Below, in pieces: positions 17,618-25,648 of a stretch of DNA of 58,282 nt; position 1 is the stretch's first letter; each line of letters opens with the position of its first letter. A program made the position numbers and the translations under genes. A model generated the notes under the pieces. That model had not been told where the DNA came from. It saw only the letters and a program-made list of their open reading frames with translations, and did not search any database. The stretch spans positions 1 through 58,282 of the forward strand of contig JACMKY010000100.1 of NCBI GenBank assembly GCA_014379925.1, read 5' to 3'. The stretch comes from Cytophagales bacterium (GTDB taxonomy: Bacteria; Bacteroidota; Bacteroidia; Cytophagales; ES-bin-26).

Positions 17618-20600
17618 ATGTTAAAGAAAATCAGGATTGGCAGCAAGATCATTGTACTGGTGCTTTCGATGGTACTGGTGGCGGTGCTGTCGGTCGGTTA
17701 CCTGGCGTTTGACCTCAGCAAGCAATCCCTGGGCGCCAAGTACCAGGAATCCCTGCGGGTCATTGCGTACGCCAAGGCCGAAAAACTGGAAAGCTTCTTT
17801 CGGCAGGTCGAATCCGGACTCGCCTGGGGGCAGTCGGCGGGTGCCGCCGCTTGGTCGGCCGACAGTACGGAAGCCGGTCTGGCCGCGGCCAGCGGCCTGG
17901 ACGCCGCACTTGCCACGATCACCCGCCTCCACGGATACAGCAACGTGTATTTGACCAGCCGCGAGGGAAAAATTTTGTACCGGATCAATTCTGCCATCCG
18001 GCGGCCGACGGTCGACAGTTTGCTGAACGGCACTGACCCGGGCGGATTTGCGTCGGGCCAGGAGCTTCGCCCGGATTCCGTGTACTACAGCCGGATATTC
18101 AAGCAAGCCGACGGTCTTTTCCTGCTGGCGGCATCCTCCGTGCCGCGAACGGACGGCAATCCCGCCGGGATGCTGGTGTACGAAATTCCCCTGGAGTCGG
18201 TCTTTCGGCTGGTGCGGGATACGACGGGCTTGGGCGCGACGGGCGAGGTGGCACTGGGGCGGTTCGACGGCACCCAAATCACGTACCTTACCCTGCTGGG
18301 AGCCGGTCCGCCGGGAATTCCGGTGACCCCGGCCAGGCTGTCGAAAGCCGCGGGACGTTCGGTAAGCCTGCCCATGCGGGAAGCCGTAAACGGGAAAACC
18401 GGCTCCGGCCTCGCGGCCGACGAACGGGGTACGGAAACCCTGGCGGCCTGGTGTCCGGTGGTACCCCTTCGCGGGGGGCTGGTCGTGAAGGTGGACGCCG
18501 CCGAGGTGTTTGGGGCGGCCACGCAACTGAGAAACGCCCTGTTGCTGGCGGGTCTGGCGGTTCTGTTGGTGTCGCTGGGCGTGAGTCTGGCCCTGGCCTA
18601 CCTGCTCACCTCCCCGTTGCTGGCCTTGCGATCAACCATGGTGCAATTGGGACAGGGCGTACTGCCCGACCGGCTGGCCAGCCGGAGTGAGGACGAGATC
18701 GGGGAGATGACCGACACGGTCAACAGCCTGGTGGACGGCTTGAAGAAGACGGCCAACTTCGCCCACAAGATCGGCAACGGAAATTTCGACGCGGACTTCA
18801 AGCCCATGAGCGGAAACGACACGCTGGGACTGGCCCTGCTGGGCATGCGCGACAACATTCAGGATTCGGCCAAGCGCGACGAAGAACGCAACTGGATCGT
18901 GACGGGCGTGGCCGAAGTGGGCGACATTCTGCGCGCCACCGACAACCTCGAAGACCTGGGCGAACGAATTACCGCTTACCTCACCCGCAAGATCAACGCC
19001 GTGCAGGGCGCCCTCTACGTGGTCAACGACGACGACCGCGACCAGGTGTTTCTGGAGATGATTGCCAGCTACGCCTACAACAAGAAAAAATACCTGCGGG
19101 CCCGATTCCGCTTTGCCGAAGGGCTGGTGGGGCAGGCCGCCATTGAGCAGGATACGCTGCTGCGCACCGAAATCCCCGACCAGTACGTCACCATCACGTC
19201 CGGCCTGCTGGGCGACCGCAAGCCCAAGTGCCTGTTGATTGTGCCGCTGATTACGGTGATCGGCAGCGAACGGGTGGTGTACGGGGCACTGGAAATGGCG
19301 GGATTCGAGAAGTTCAGTCCGCGCAACGTACAATTCGTCAAGGAGATCAGCGAAATCATTGCGCGTACGGTATTCAACATCAAGGTGAACGCCACCACCC
19401 GGACGCTGCTGCAGATGTCGCAGAAGCAGAGCGAGGAGTTGCAGCAACAGCAGGAAGTGCTCCGCCAGAATGCCGAGGAGATGGAGGCCACCCAGGAAGA
19501 ACTCAAGCGCTCGAACGGGGCCCTGGAAGACCAGGTGGAGGAAGTGAACCGCACGCAGAAGCGGATGCAGGTGCTGCTCGAAAACGCCTCCGAGGTAATC
19601 ACCATCTACGAGCGCGACGGCCGCATCCGCTACATCAGCTCCTCGGTCGAGCGCATCCTGGGGTATTCGCCCAACGAACTCATCGGTCTGCGGGACGTGG
19701 TGTACGTGCATCCGCTGGGGGTGGACGACTACGAGCGCATGTTCCGGGAACTGCTCGAACATCCCGACCAGCGGGTGACGGTCCAGTTCAGCTACCAGGC
19801 CAAGAACGGTGACCTGATCTGGCTCGAAGCCAGCGGCATCAACCTGCTGCACGATCCGGCCATCGCGGGCTTGGTGCTCAACACCCGCGACATCACCGAG
19901 CGGCGGCGGGCCGAAAAGGAGTCCCGCATGCGCGGCCAGATGCAGGCGCTTTCCGAGAATTCCCCCGACCTGATCACCCGCTTCAACAAGGAAGGCAAGG
20001 TGTTCTACATCAACCCGGTGATCGAGTCCTACACCGGGCGCAGCAAGGAAGAGTACCTGCTGAAATCCATCGAAGAGGTGATGCTCAACGCCACCGTCGT
20101 CGAATCGTGGGGGCGCATTCTGCGGCAGGTGATGGACAACAACGAGAAGGTTTCGACCGAAATGAACTTCCCGTCGGTGATGGGCGATTGCGTAATGCAG
20201 GTGAACGCCATCCCCGAATACAACGAGAACCAGGGCATTGAGTCCGTGCTGTTGGTGTCGCACGACATTACCGACCGGAAGCGGATCGAGCTGGAAATCC
20301 AGGCCAAGAGCAAGAAGATCACCGAAAGCATCAACTACGCCAAGCGGATCCAGGGAGCCATCCTGCCCAACACGGCCCACATTCAGGGAGTGTTCAGCCA
20401 GTCATTCATCCTCTACAAACCCCGCGACGTGGTCAGCGGCGACTTCCCCTGGTTCCAGCAAAAGGGCGACGACGTGTACATCGCGGCGGTGGACTGCACC
20501 GGCCACGGCGTACCCGGGGCGTTGATCTCGCTGATCGGCTACTTCCTGCTCAACAACATCGTCACCAACCGCGACGCCTCCGACCCGGGGCTTATCCTCG

Positions 20601-21073
20601 ACCAACTCGACGAGGGCGTGACCCGGACCCTGAAGCAGGACAGCTCCGAGACCGCCACCCGCGACGGGATGGACATCGCCCTGTGCCGCATCAACCAGCG
20701 CGCCGGAACGTTGGAATACGCCGGGGCGCACCGGCCGCTGTATTTTGTCCGCAACGGCGAACTGACGGAGGTGAAAGGCGATAAGTTTCCCGTCGGCGGT
20801 GCCCAGTACAAAACCCGCGTCGGTTTCACCACCACCCGGATGCGCATCCAACCGGGCGACGCGGTCTTTTTCTGTTCCGACGGCTTTCCCGACCAGTTCG
20901 GCGGGCCGGACGACCGCAAGTTCTCGCCCAAGCGCATCCGCGACCTGATCACCGAAAACATCGCCGCCGGCATGGAAGAACTCAACCACACGCTGGACCG
21001 CGAGTTTGAGGAATGGAAGGGACCCTTCAACAAGCAAACTGACGACGTTTTGATGATAGGTATTAAATTCTAA
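17618..21073 (+). CDS. Sensory PP2C (SpoIIE-type) Ser/Thr phosphatase, SiaA-like: TM, Cache-like periplasmic domain, TM, HAMP, GAF, coiled coil, 2x PAS, PP2C
   Basis: The ORF is open from 17519, but the Met at 17618 (MLKKIRIGSKIIVLVLS...) starts at the first TM. The second TM is LLLAGLAVLLVSLGVSLALAYLL, followed by HAMP (EDEIGEMTDTVNSLVDGL) and GAF (AEGLVGQAAIEQDTLL). Two PAS domains are marked by ENASEVITIYERDGRIRYISSS and ENSPDLITRFNKEGKVFYINP. PP2C motifs are VSGDFPWF, AAVDCTGHGVPGAL, RDGMDIAL and FFCSDGFPDQFGG. Confidence 0.9.
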   Translation: MLKKIRIGSKIIVLVLSMVLVAVLSVGYLAFDLSKQSLGAKYQESLRVIAYAKAEKLESFFRQVESGLAWGQSAGAAAWSADSTEAGLAAASGLDAALATITRLHGYSNVYLTSREGKILYRINSAIRRPTVDSLLNGTDPGGFASGQELRPDSVYYSRIFKQADGLFLLAASSVPRTDGNPAGMLVYEIPLESVFRLVRDTTGLGATGEVALGRFDGTQITYLTLLGAGPPGIPVTPARLSKAAGRSVSLPMREAVNGKTGSGLAADERGTETLAAWCPVVPLRGGLVVKVDAAEVFGAATQLRNALLLAGLAVLLVSLGVSLALAYLLTSPLLALRSTMVQLGQGVLPDRLASRSEDEIGEMTDTVNSLVDGLKKTANFAHKIGNGNFDADFKPMSGNDTLGLALLGMRDNIQDSAKRDEERNWIVTGVAEVGDILRATDNLEDLGERITAYLTRKINAVQGALYVVNDDDRDQVFLEMIASYAYNKKKYLRARFRFAEGLVGQAAIEQDTLLRTEIPDQYVTITSGLLGDRKPKCLLIVPLITVIGSERVVYGALEMAGFEKFSPRNVQFVKEISEIIARTVFNIKVNATTRTLLQMSQKQSEELQQQQEVLRQNAEEMEATQEELKRSNGALEDQVEEVNRTQKRMQVLLENASEVITIYERDGRIRYISSSVERILGYSPNELIGLRDVVYVHPLGVDDYERMFRELLEHPDQRVTVQFSYQAKNGDLIWLEASGINLLHDPAIAGLVLNTRDITERRRAEKESRMRGQMQALSENSPDLITRFNKEGKVFYINPVIESYTGRSKEEYLLKSIEEVMLNATVVESWGRILRQVMDNNEKVSTEMNFPSVMGDCVMQVNAIPEYNENQGIESVLLVSHDITDRKRIELEIQAKSKKITESINYAKRIQGAILPNTAHIQGVFSQSFILYKPRDVVSGDFPWFQQKGDDVYIAAVDCTGHGVPGALISLIGYFLLNNIVTNRDASDPGLILDQLDEGVTRTLKQDSSETATRDGMDIALCRINQRAGTLEYAGAHRPLYFVRNGELTEVKGDKFPVGGAQYKTRVGFTTTRMRIQPGDAVFFCSDGFPDQFGGPDDRKFSPKRIRDLITENIAAGMEELNHTLDREFEEWKGPFNKQTDDVLMIGIKF

Positions 21074-21219
21074 GAAAACGCATTTTATGTCGTTGGGAAT
21101 GTCCGGTAATTTGCTTGGTCTCCGAAAATCCACCGCGTCGGGTGCCGGCTGGCTTTTCTCCAACCAACGGATTCATCAACAATTGACAAAATCACCTCTG
21201 AAAACAAAGCAAAGGAACT

Positions 21220-21771
21220 ATGAAGTATGTATATGATTTGCACACTATCCTGTTGCAACGCAACCTGATACTGGTTTACGAGGGAGAATTTACCCAGGAA
21301 ATCACCAAAGCGGTGCTCTCCATGGCCGAACGCAACATGGAGTCGATGGGAGAGGAGTCGAACATCAAGCGCAAGGTGTTTAACGTGATGGTGGAGTGCC
21401 TGCAAAACATCTGCAAGCACGCCGACGAGTACGACCCGGACGCTCAGGTGACCAACAAGGCCATCTTCATGATCGGCAAGCAAGAGGAGGAATACGTCAT
21501 CACCACCGGCAACCCGATCCTCAAACAGAAGGTAGACAGCCTGCACAGCAAGCTCGAGCAGATCAACAGCCTGGACAAGGAAGGATTGAAAGCCCTTTAC
21601 AAGGATATCATCAAAAACGGCGACTTGTCCGAAAAGGGCGGGGCCGGGCTGGGATTCGTGGACATGGCCCGCAAGTCGGGACAGAAACTGGAGTTCGATT
21701 TCCAGCCCATGACCGACCAATGGTCGTTCTTCTCCCTGAAAACCACCATTCCGCGGACCGGTGTCGAATGA
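21220..21771 (+). CDS. SiaB-like (anti-sigma/HATPase-type) Ser/Thr protein kinase
   Basis: 183 aa. LILVYEGEFTQEITKAVLSMAE, VMVECLQNICKHA and the G-box-like KGGAGLGFVDMARKSG resemble SiaB/DUF6272 proteins (recalled). It sits between the PP2C and DUF1987 genes as in sia loci. Confidence 0.75.
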   Translation: MKYVYDLHTILLQRNLILVYEGEFTQEITKAVLSMAERNMESMGEESNIKRKVFNVMVECLQNICKHADEYDPDAQVTNKAIFMIGKQEEEYVITTGNPILKQKVDSLHSKLEQINSLDKEGLKALYKDIIKNGDLSEKGGAGLGFVDMARKSGQKLEFDFQPMTDQWSFFSLKTTIPRTGVE

Positions 21772-21862
21772 GTGGAGGAGTTTGAAACGCACGAATGCAT
21801 CGAGTGCATCGGGTGCCCCCGTGTCGTCGGTACCCTGGGTCCTCCCCAAACTTCCAAAACGC

Positions 21863-21913
21863 GTCCGTCGATGCCACTCATCGACTCATTACTCATCCAC
21901 TCACATACTCATA
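21863..21913. repeat. Copy D of a dispersed intergenic repeat (TCCGTCGATGC... followed by ACTCATC-type units)
   Basis: The sequence GTCCGTCGATGCCACTCATCGACTCATTACTCATCCACTCACATACTCAT shares TCCGTCGATGC and the CTCATC(C/A)ACTC units with the copies at 30911-30978, 37953-38062 and 54936-55006. Confidence 0.7.
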
Positions 21914-21929
21914 AAATTTATCAAGCCAA

Positions 21930-22292
21930 ATGGAAATCATTAACCTGGAAGGCACCGAAGACACGCCCAAGATTCTGTTGAACAAACCCAACGGCATTTT
22001 TGAAATCTCCGGCCGGTCGCTCCCCGAGGACACTGCCGAGTTCTACAAGCCCGTTTTGGAGTGGCTCGAGCGCTACACGGCCGATCCCAACCCCGAAACC
22101 CCGTTCGTCTTCAAGCTGGAGTACTTCAACACGGCTTCCTCTAAGCTCATCCTCGACGTGTTGTCCAAGCTGGAACGGATCAAGGGAACCACCATTAGCT
22201 GGTACCACCACGAGGACGACGAGGACATGGAAGAGGCGGGTTCGGAATTTTCCGAACTGGTGGAAGTGGAGTTTGAGTTTAAGACGTACTGA
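21930..22292 (+). CDS. DUF1987 / SiaC-like partner-switch phosphoprotein
   Basis: 120 aa. MEIINLEGTEDTPKILLNKPNGIFEISGRSLPEDTAEFYKPVLEWL...FKLEYFNTASSKL is the characteristic DUF1987 pattern. It has an acidic tail HHEDDEDMEEAG. Confidence 0.85.
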   Translation: MEIINLEGTEDTPKILLNKPNGIFEISGRSLPEDTAEFYKPVLEWLERYTADPNPETPFVFKLEYFNTASSKLILDVLSKLERIKGTTISWYHHEDDEDMEEAGSEFSELVEVEFEFKTY

Positions 22293-22296
22293 AGGA

Positions 22297-22351
22297 AGTT
22301 GCAGGTTACAAGTTGCAGGTTGACTGGGTTACAGTCCACAAGTTGCAGGTC
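22297..22351. repeat. Three dispersed copies of AGTTGCAGGT (reverse complement of the ACCTGCAAC heptamer motif)
   Basis: Copies lie at 22297-22306, 22311-22320 and 22341-22350, immediately after the siaC-like stop. They are the inverted partner of the array at 22431-22480. Confidence 0.85.
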
Positions 22352-22430
22352 ACGAGAAGGGGGAGGCATTTGAATCTTTTCTGCGTGTATTGATCCGTCA
22401 AAGAAACTTTTGCTGACCAACAACCGGCAA

Positions 22431-22480
22431 CCCAACCAACCTGCAACCTGCAACCTGCCAACCTGCCAACCTGTAACCTA
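22431..22480. repeat. Heptamer/octamer array (CAACCTG)x3 then (CCAACCTG)x2 running into the next start codon
   Basis: CAACCTG units lie at 22437-22443, 22444-22450 and 22451-22457. CCAACCTG units lie at 22458-22465 and 22466-22473. The ATG of the next ORF is at 22483. Confidence 0.9.
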
Positions 22481-22482
22481 CC

Positions 22483-22920
22483 ATGAGTGAGGAAATCCTG
22501 AAAGCCCTGACCCAGCTCTTTGCCATCATCACCAAGCAGGACGGGGGGGCCACGGAAGTAGAGCGCCGCTTCGTCACCCAGTTCTTCGGGCAGGAACTCA
22601 ACCAGGATTCGGTGAAGGCGTACGTGGCCCTTTACGAGGAATTTCTGGGGGAAGGCGGGTTGAACGTCGGCCGAAAGCAAGGGCAGCCTCACCACCGTCA
22701 AAGATTCCGTCCGTACGCTGGGCCTCTGCAAGAAAATCAACAAGACGCTCACCCAAAAGCAAAAAGTGATCGTGCTCATCCGGTTACTGGAACTGGTGAG
22801 CTCGGACAAGAATTTCACCCCGCAGCGGATGGGCATCATCGACACGGTTTCGACCGTGTTCAACATCGAGAAGGAAGACTACAAGGTCATCGAGCGCTTC
22901 GTGCTCAACGCCCGCAGTGA
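22483..22920 (+). CDS. N-terminal TerB-like helical segment belonging to the downstream ABC transporter but out of frame with it; only about 22483-22665 looks like genuine coding sequence
   Basis: MSEEILKALTQLFAIITKQDGGATEVERRFVTQFFGQELNQDSVKAYVALYEEFLGEGG is protein-like. After that the frame becomes R/H/Q/P-rich, while the +1 frame continues the same domain. See the frameshift finding. Confidence 0.5.
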   Translation: MSEEILKALTQLFAIITKQDGGATEVERRFVTQFFGQELNQDSVKAYVALYEEFLGEGGLNVGRKQGQPHHRQRFRPYAGPLQENQQDAHPKAKSDRAHPVTGTGELGQEFHPAADGHHRHGFDRVQHREGRLQGHRALRAQRPQ

Positions 22921-25648
22921 GGACCTGCAAGAATTCGAGGAGGTGCTGGTGGCCAGCAGCGACACCACCTCCCGCCACCCCCAAGCCAAGCACATTCACT
23001 TACACGATCTCCACGGGGAAATCATTTTCTTGCGGGTGCGGAGCGTAGACATCTACTTCGTGAAGTACGCGGGCACCGAGGATATTTTGCTGAACGGACT
23101 GATGATCAAGCCGTTTCAAACGTACCTCTTCTCCCACGGCAGCAGCATCAAGACGCCCAAAAGCCCTCCCTTGTACTACAGCGAGGTGATCAGCCAGTTT
23201 ATGAGCGGCCACCAGGACTACCGGCTCTCTTTTCTGGCGCATAACCTGGAATTTCGGTTTCCCAACGGCGGCATCGGCCTGCGCGACGTGAGCCTGCTGG
23301 AAGGGTCTTCCAAGCTCATCGGCATCATGGGTGGCAGCGGGGCGGGCAAGACCACGCTGCTGAACGTGCTGGCCGGCATCGAGAAGCCCCACCAGGGGGA
23401 AATCCTGATCAACAATTTCAACATTCACACCCAACAAGACAAGCTCCAGGGCGTGATCGGTTACATTGCCCAGGACGACCTGCTGATCGAGGAACTGACC
23501 GTTTACGAAAACCTCTACTACAACGCCCGGCTCTGCTTCGAGACGTATTCGGAGGCGCAGCTGGAAAAGGCGGTTATGAACGTGCTCACCAGCCTGGGCC
23601 TGGAGCAAACCCGCAACCTGCGGGTGGGCAGCGTGCTGGAAAAAACCATCAGCGGCGGCCAGCGCAAGCGGCTCAACATTGCCCTCGAGCTGATTCGCGA
23701 ACCGGCGGTCATGTTCGTCGACGAACCGACTTCCGGCCTTTCCTCGCGCGATTCGGAAAACGTGATCGACCTGCTCAAGGAACTCACCCTGAAGGGCAAG
23801 CTCATCTTCGTGGTCATCCACCAGCCTTCGTCCGACATCTACAAGATGTTCGACAAGATCTTCATCATGGACAAGGGCGGGTATCCGATCTACTACGGCA
23901 ATCCCGTGGAAGCGGTCACCTACTTCAAGCGGGCGACCAACCAGGTAGACAGCGAGCGGGGACAGTGCGCCGCCTGCGGCAACGTGAATCCTGAGCAGAT
24001 TTTCAACATCATTGAGGCCAAGGTGGTCGACGAATACGGCCAGTTTACCCAGAAGCGGAAGATGACTCCTCTGCAGTGGAACGAGTACTACATGAAGAAG
24101 GGACGGCTGGAAAACCTGCCCCTGTATAACGAAGTGCCGCCCCAGACGTTGAGCCTGCCCTCGCGCCTCAAGCAAACGCTGATTTTTGCCACCCGCGATT
24201 TTTTCTCCAAGGTCAGCAACCGCCAGTACCTGGCCATCAACCTGTTGGAGGCTCCCCTGTTGGCGGTGCTGCTGGCGTTCATCATCCGCTACCAGAATAC
24301 GCCCGGGGGATCGGGCGAATATACATTCCGCTACAACGACAACATTCCGGCCTACATCCTGGTGGCCATTCTGGTGGCCCTCTTCATGGGACTCACCGTG
24401 AGCGCGGAGGAAATCATCCGGGACCGGAAGATCCTGCGGCGGGAGGCGTTTCTGAACCTGAGCCGGACCAGCTACCTTTCCTCCAAACTGCTGATCCTGT
24501 TTGCGCTCTCCGCCGTCCAGACCCTGAGCTTCGTGCTCATCGGCAATGCCATCCTCGAAATTCACGGCATGACGTTCAGCTACTGGGTGATGCTGTTCAC
24601 CGTTTCGTGTTTCGCCAACGTGCTCGGCCTGAACATTTCGGCCTCCTTCAACTCGGCCGTGACCGTGTACATCATGATTCCGCTGCTGCTCATTCCGCAG
24701 ATGATCCTGAGCGGGGTGATTTTCAGCTTCGACAAGTTGAACGATGACCTGAGCACGAAGGGAAAGGTGCCGTTGGTGGCCGACCTGATGGCCTCGCGCT
24801 GGGGCTTCGAGGCGCTGGCGGTGGAACAATTCACGAATAACCCGTACCAGGCCCCTTACTACGAACTCGAGAAAACGCAGAGCGAAGCCTACTACAAGAA
24901 CACGTACCTGATTCCTGAACTGCTCGAAAAGCTGGAAACGTCGGTGGTCAATCACCGCGCAACCGAAGATTCAGTAAAAACCGTCCTCATCCGGGACCTG
25001 GCCATCCTCCGCAATGAGATCAACGCCGAACCCCACCGGGAGGGGCTGACGCTGGACGTGAACGATGCGCTCACGTCGGCCAATTTCACTCCGGTAGTGG
25101 CCGATCAGGTCCGGGCGTACCTCGGATTGCTGAAGGAAACGTATTCGGCGCAGTTCAACCAGGCCGACGTCAAAAAGGAGCAGATGATGACCTTTTTCGA
25201 GAGCGACCCGGCGCACGCCTACCGGGTGACCGAATACAAGAACCGCTACTTCAACGAGGCGCTGGCCGACCTGGTGAAGAATGCCACCGTGAAGGACCGC
25301 ATTACCGAACACCAGGGGCGTCTTTACCAACAGATCGACCCGATCTTTCAAGCGCCCAAGCCCGACGCATTTTTCCTGGACTACCGCACGCATTTCCTTT
25401 CGCCCAGCAAGCAGTTCGCGGGGCTGACCCTGCCCACCTTTTACTTCAACCTCGGGATTGTGTGGCTTACGTCCGCCTTCTTGTACCTGACCCTGTACCT
25501 GGAAGCGTTCCGCAACGCGTTCGCCCTGTTCGGCAAACTGAGTTTCGGTTGGGTGCGGGCCTGGGCGGACACGGCGGCCCGGTTGCTGGAAGGCATCAGG
25601 CAGTGGCGGCCCCGCAAACCCGCGCCCCGCGTCGAGCCGGCGGAGTGA
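22766..25648 (+). CDS. ABCG-type ABC transporter, fused ATPase and ABC-2 permease, with N-terminal regulatory extension
   Basis: 960 aa from a GTG. It has Walker A GIMGGSGAGKTT, signature ISGGQRKRLNIALEL and Walker B AVMFVDEPTSGLS, followed by about 6 TM helices. Homology-like sequence continues upstream to 22662 in the same frame, so the listed GTG start is probably not the true N-terminus. Confidence 0.88.
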   Translation: MIVLIRLLELVSSDKNFTPQRMGIIDTVSTVFNIEKEDYKVIERFVLNARSEDLQEFEEVLVASSDTTSRHPQAKHIHLHDLHGEIIFLRVRSVDIYFVKYAGTEDILLNGLMIKPFQTYLFSHGSSIKTPKSPPLYYSEVISQFMSGHQDYRLSFLAHNLEFRFPNGGIGLRDVSLLEGSSKLIGIMGGSGAGKTTLLNVLAGIEKPHQGEILINNFNIHTQQDKLQGVIGYIAQDDLLIEELTVYENLYYNARLCFETYSEAQLEKAVMNVLTSLGLEQTRNLRVGSVLEKTISGGQRKRLNIALELIREPAVMFVDEPTSGLSSRDSENVIDLLKELTLKGKLIFVVIHQPSSDIYKMFDKIFIMDKGGYPIYYGNPVEAVTYFKRATNQVDSERGQCAACGNVNPEQIFNIIEAKVVDEYGQFTQKRKMTPLQWNEYYMKKGRLENLPLYNEVPPQTLSLPSRLKQTLIFATRDFFSKVSNRQYLAINLLEAPLLAVLLAFIIRYQNTPGGSGEYTFRYNDNIPAYILVAILVALFMGLTVSAEEIIRDRKILRREAFLNLSRTSYLSSKLLILFALSAVQTLSFVLIGNAILEIHGMTFSYWVMLFTVSCFANVLGLNISASFNSAVTVYIMIPLLLIPQMILSGVIFSFDKLNDDLSTKGKVPLVADLMASRWGFEALAVEQFTNNPYQAPYYELEKTQSEAYYKNTYLIPELLEKLETSVVNHRATEDSVKTVLIRDLAILRNEINAEPHREGLTLDVNDALTSANFTPVVADQVRAYLGLLKETYSAQFNQADVKKEQMMTFFESDPAHAYRVTEYKNRYFNEALADLVKNATVKDRITEHQGRLYQQIDPIFQAPKPDAFFLDYRTHFLSPSKQFAGLTLPTFYFNLGIVWLTSAFLYLTLYLEAFRNAFALFGKLSFGWVRAWADTAARLLEGIRQWRPRKPAPRVEPAE

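Noticed and set aside
22297-22480. The heptamer arrays might be a CRISPR array or a contingency (phase-variation) tract inside a gene.
   Set aside because: The units are 7-8 nt with no spacers, far too short for CRISPR, and no cas genes are present. The arrays are intergenic, so slippage would not shift a reading frame. They are kept only as a repeat finding.
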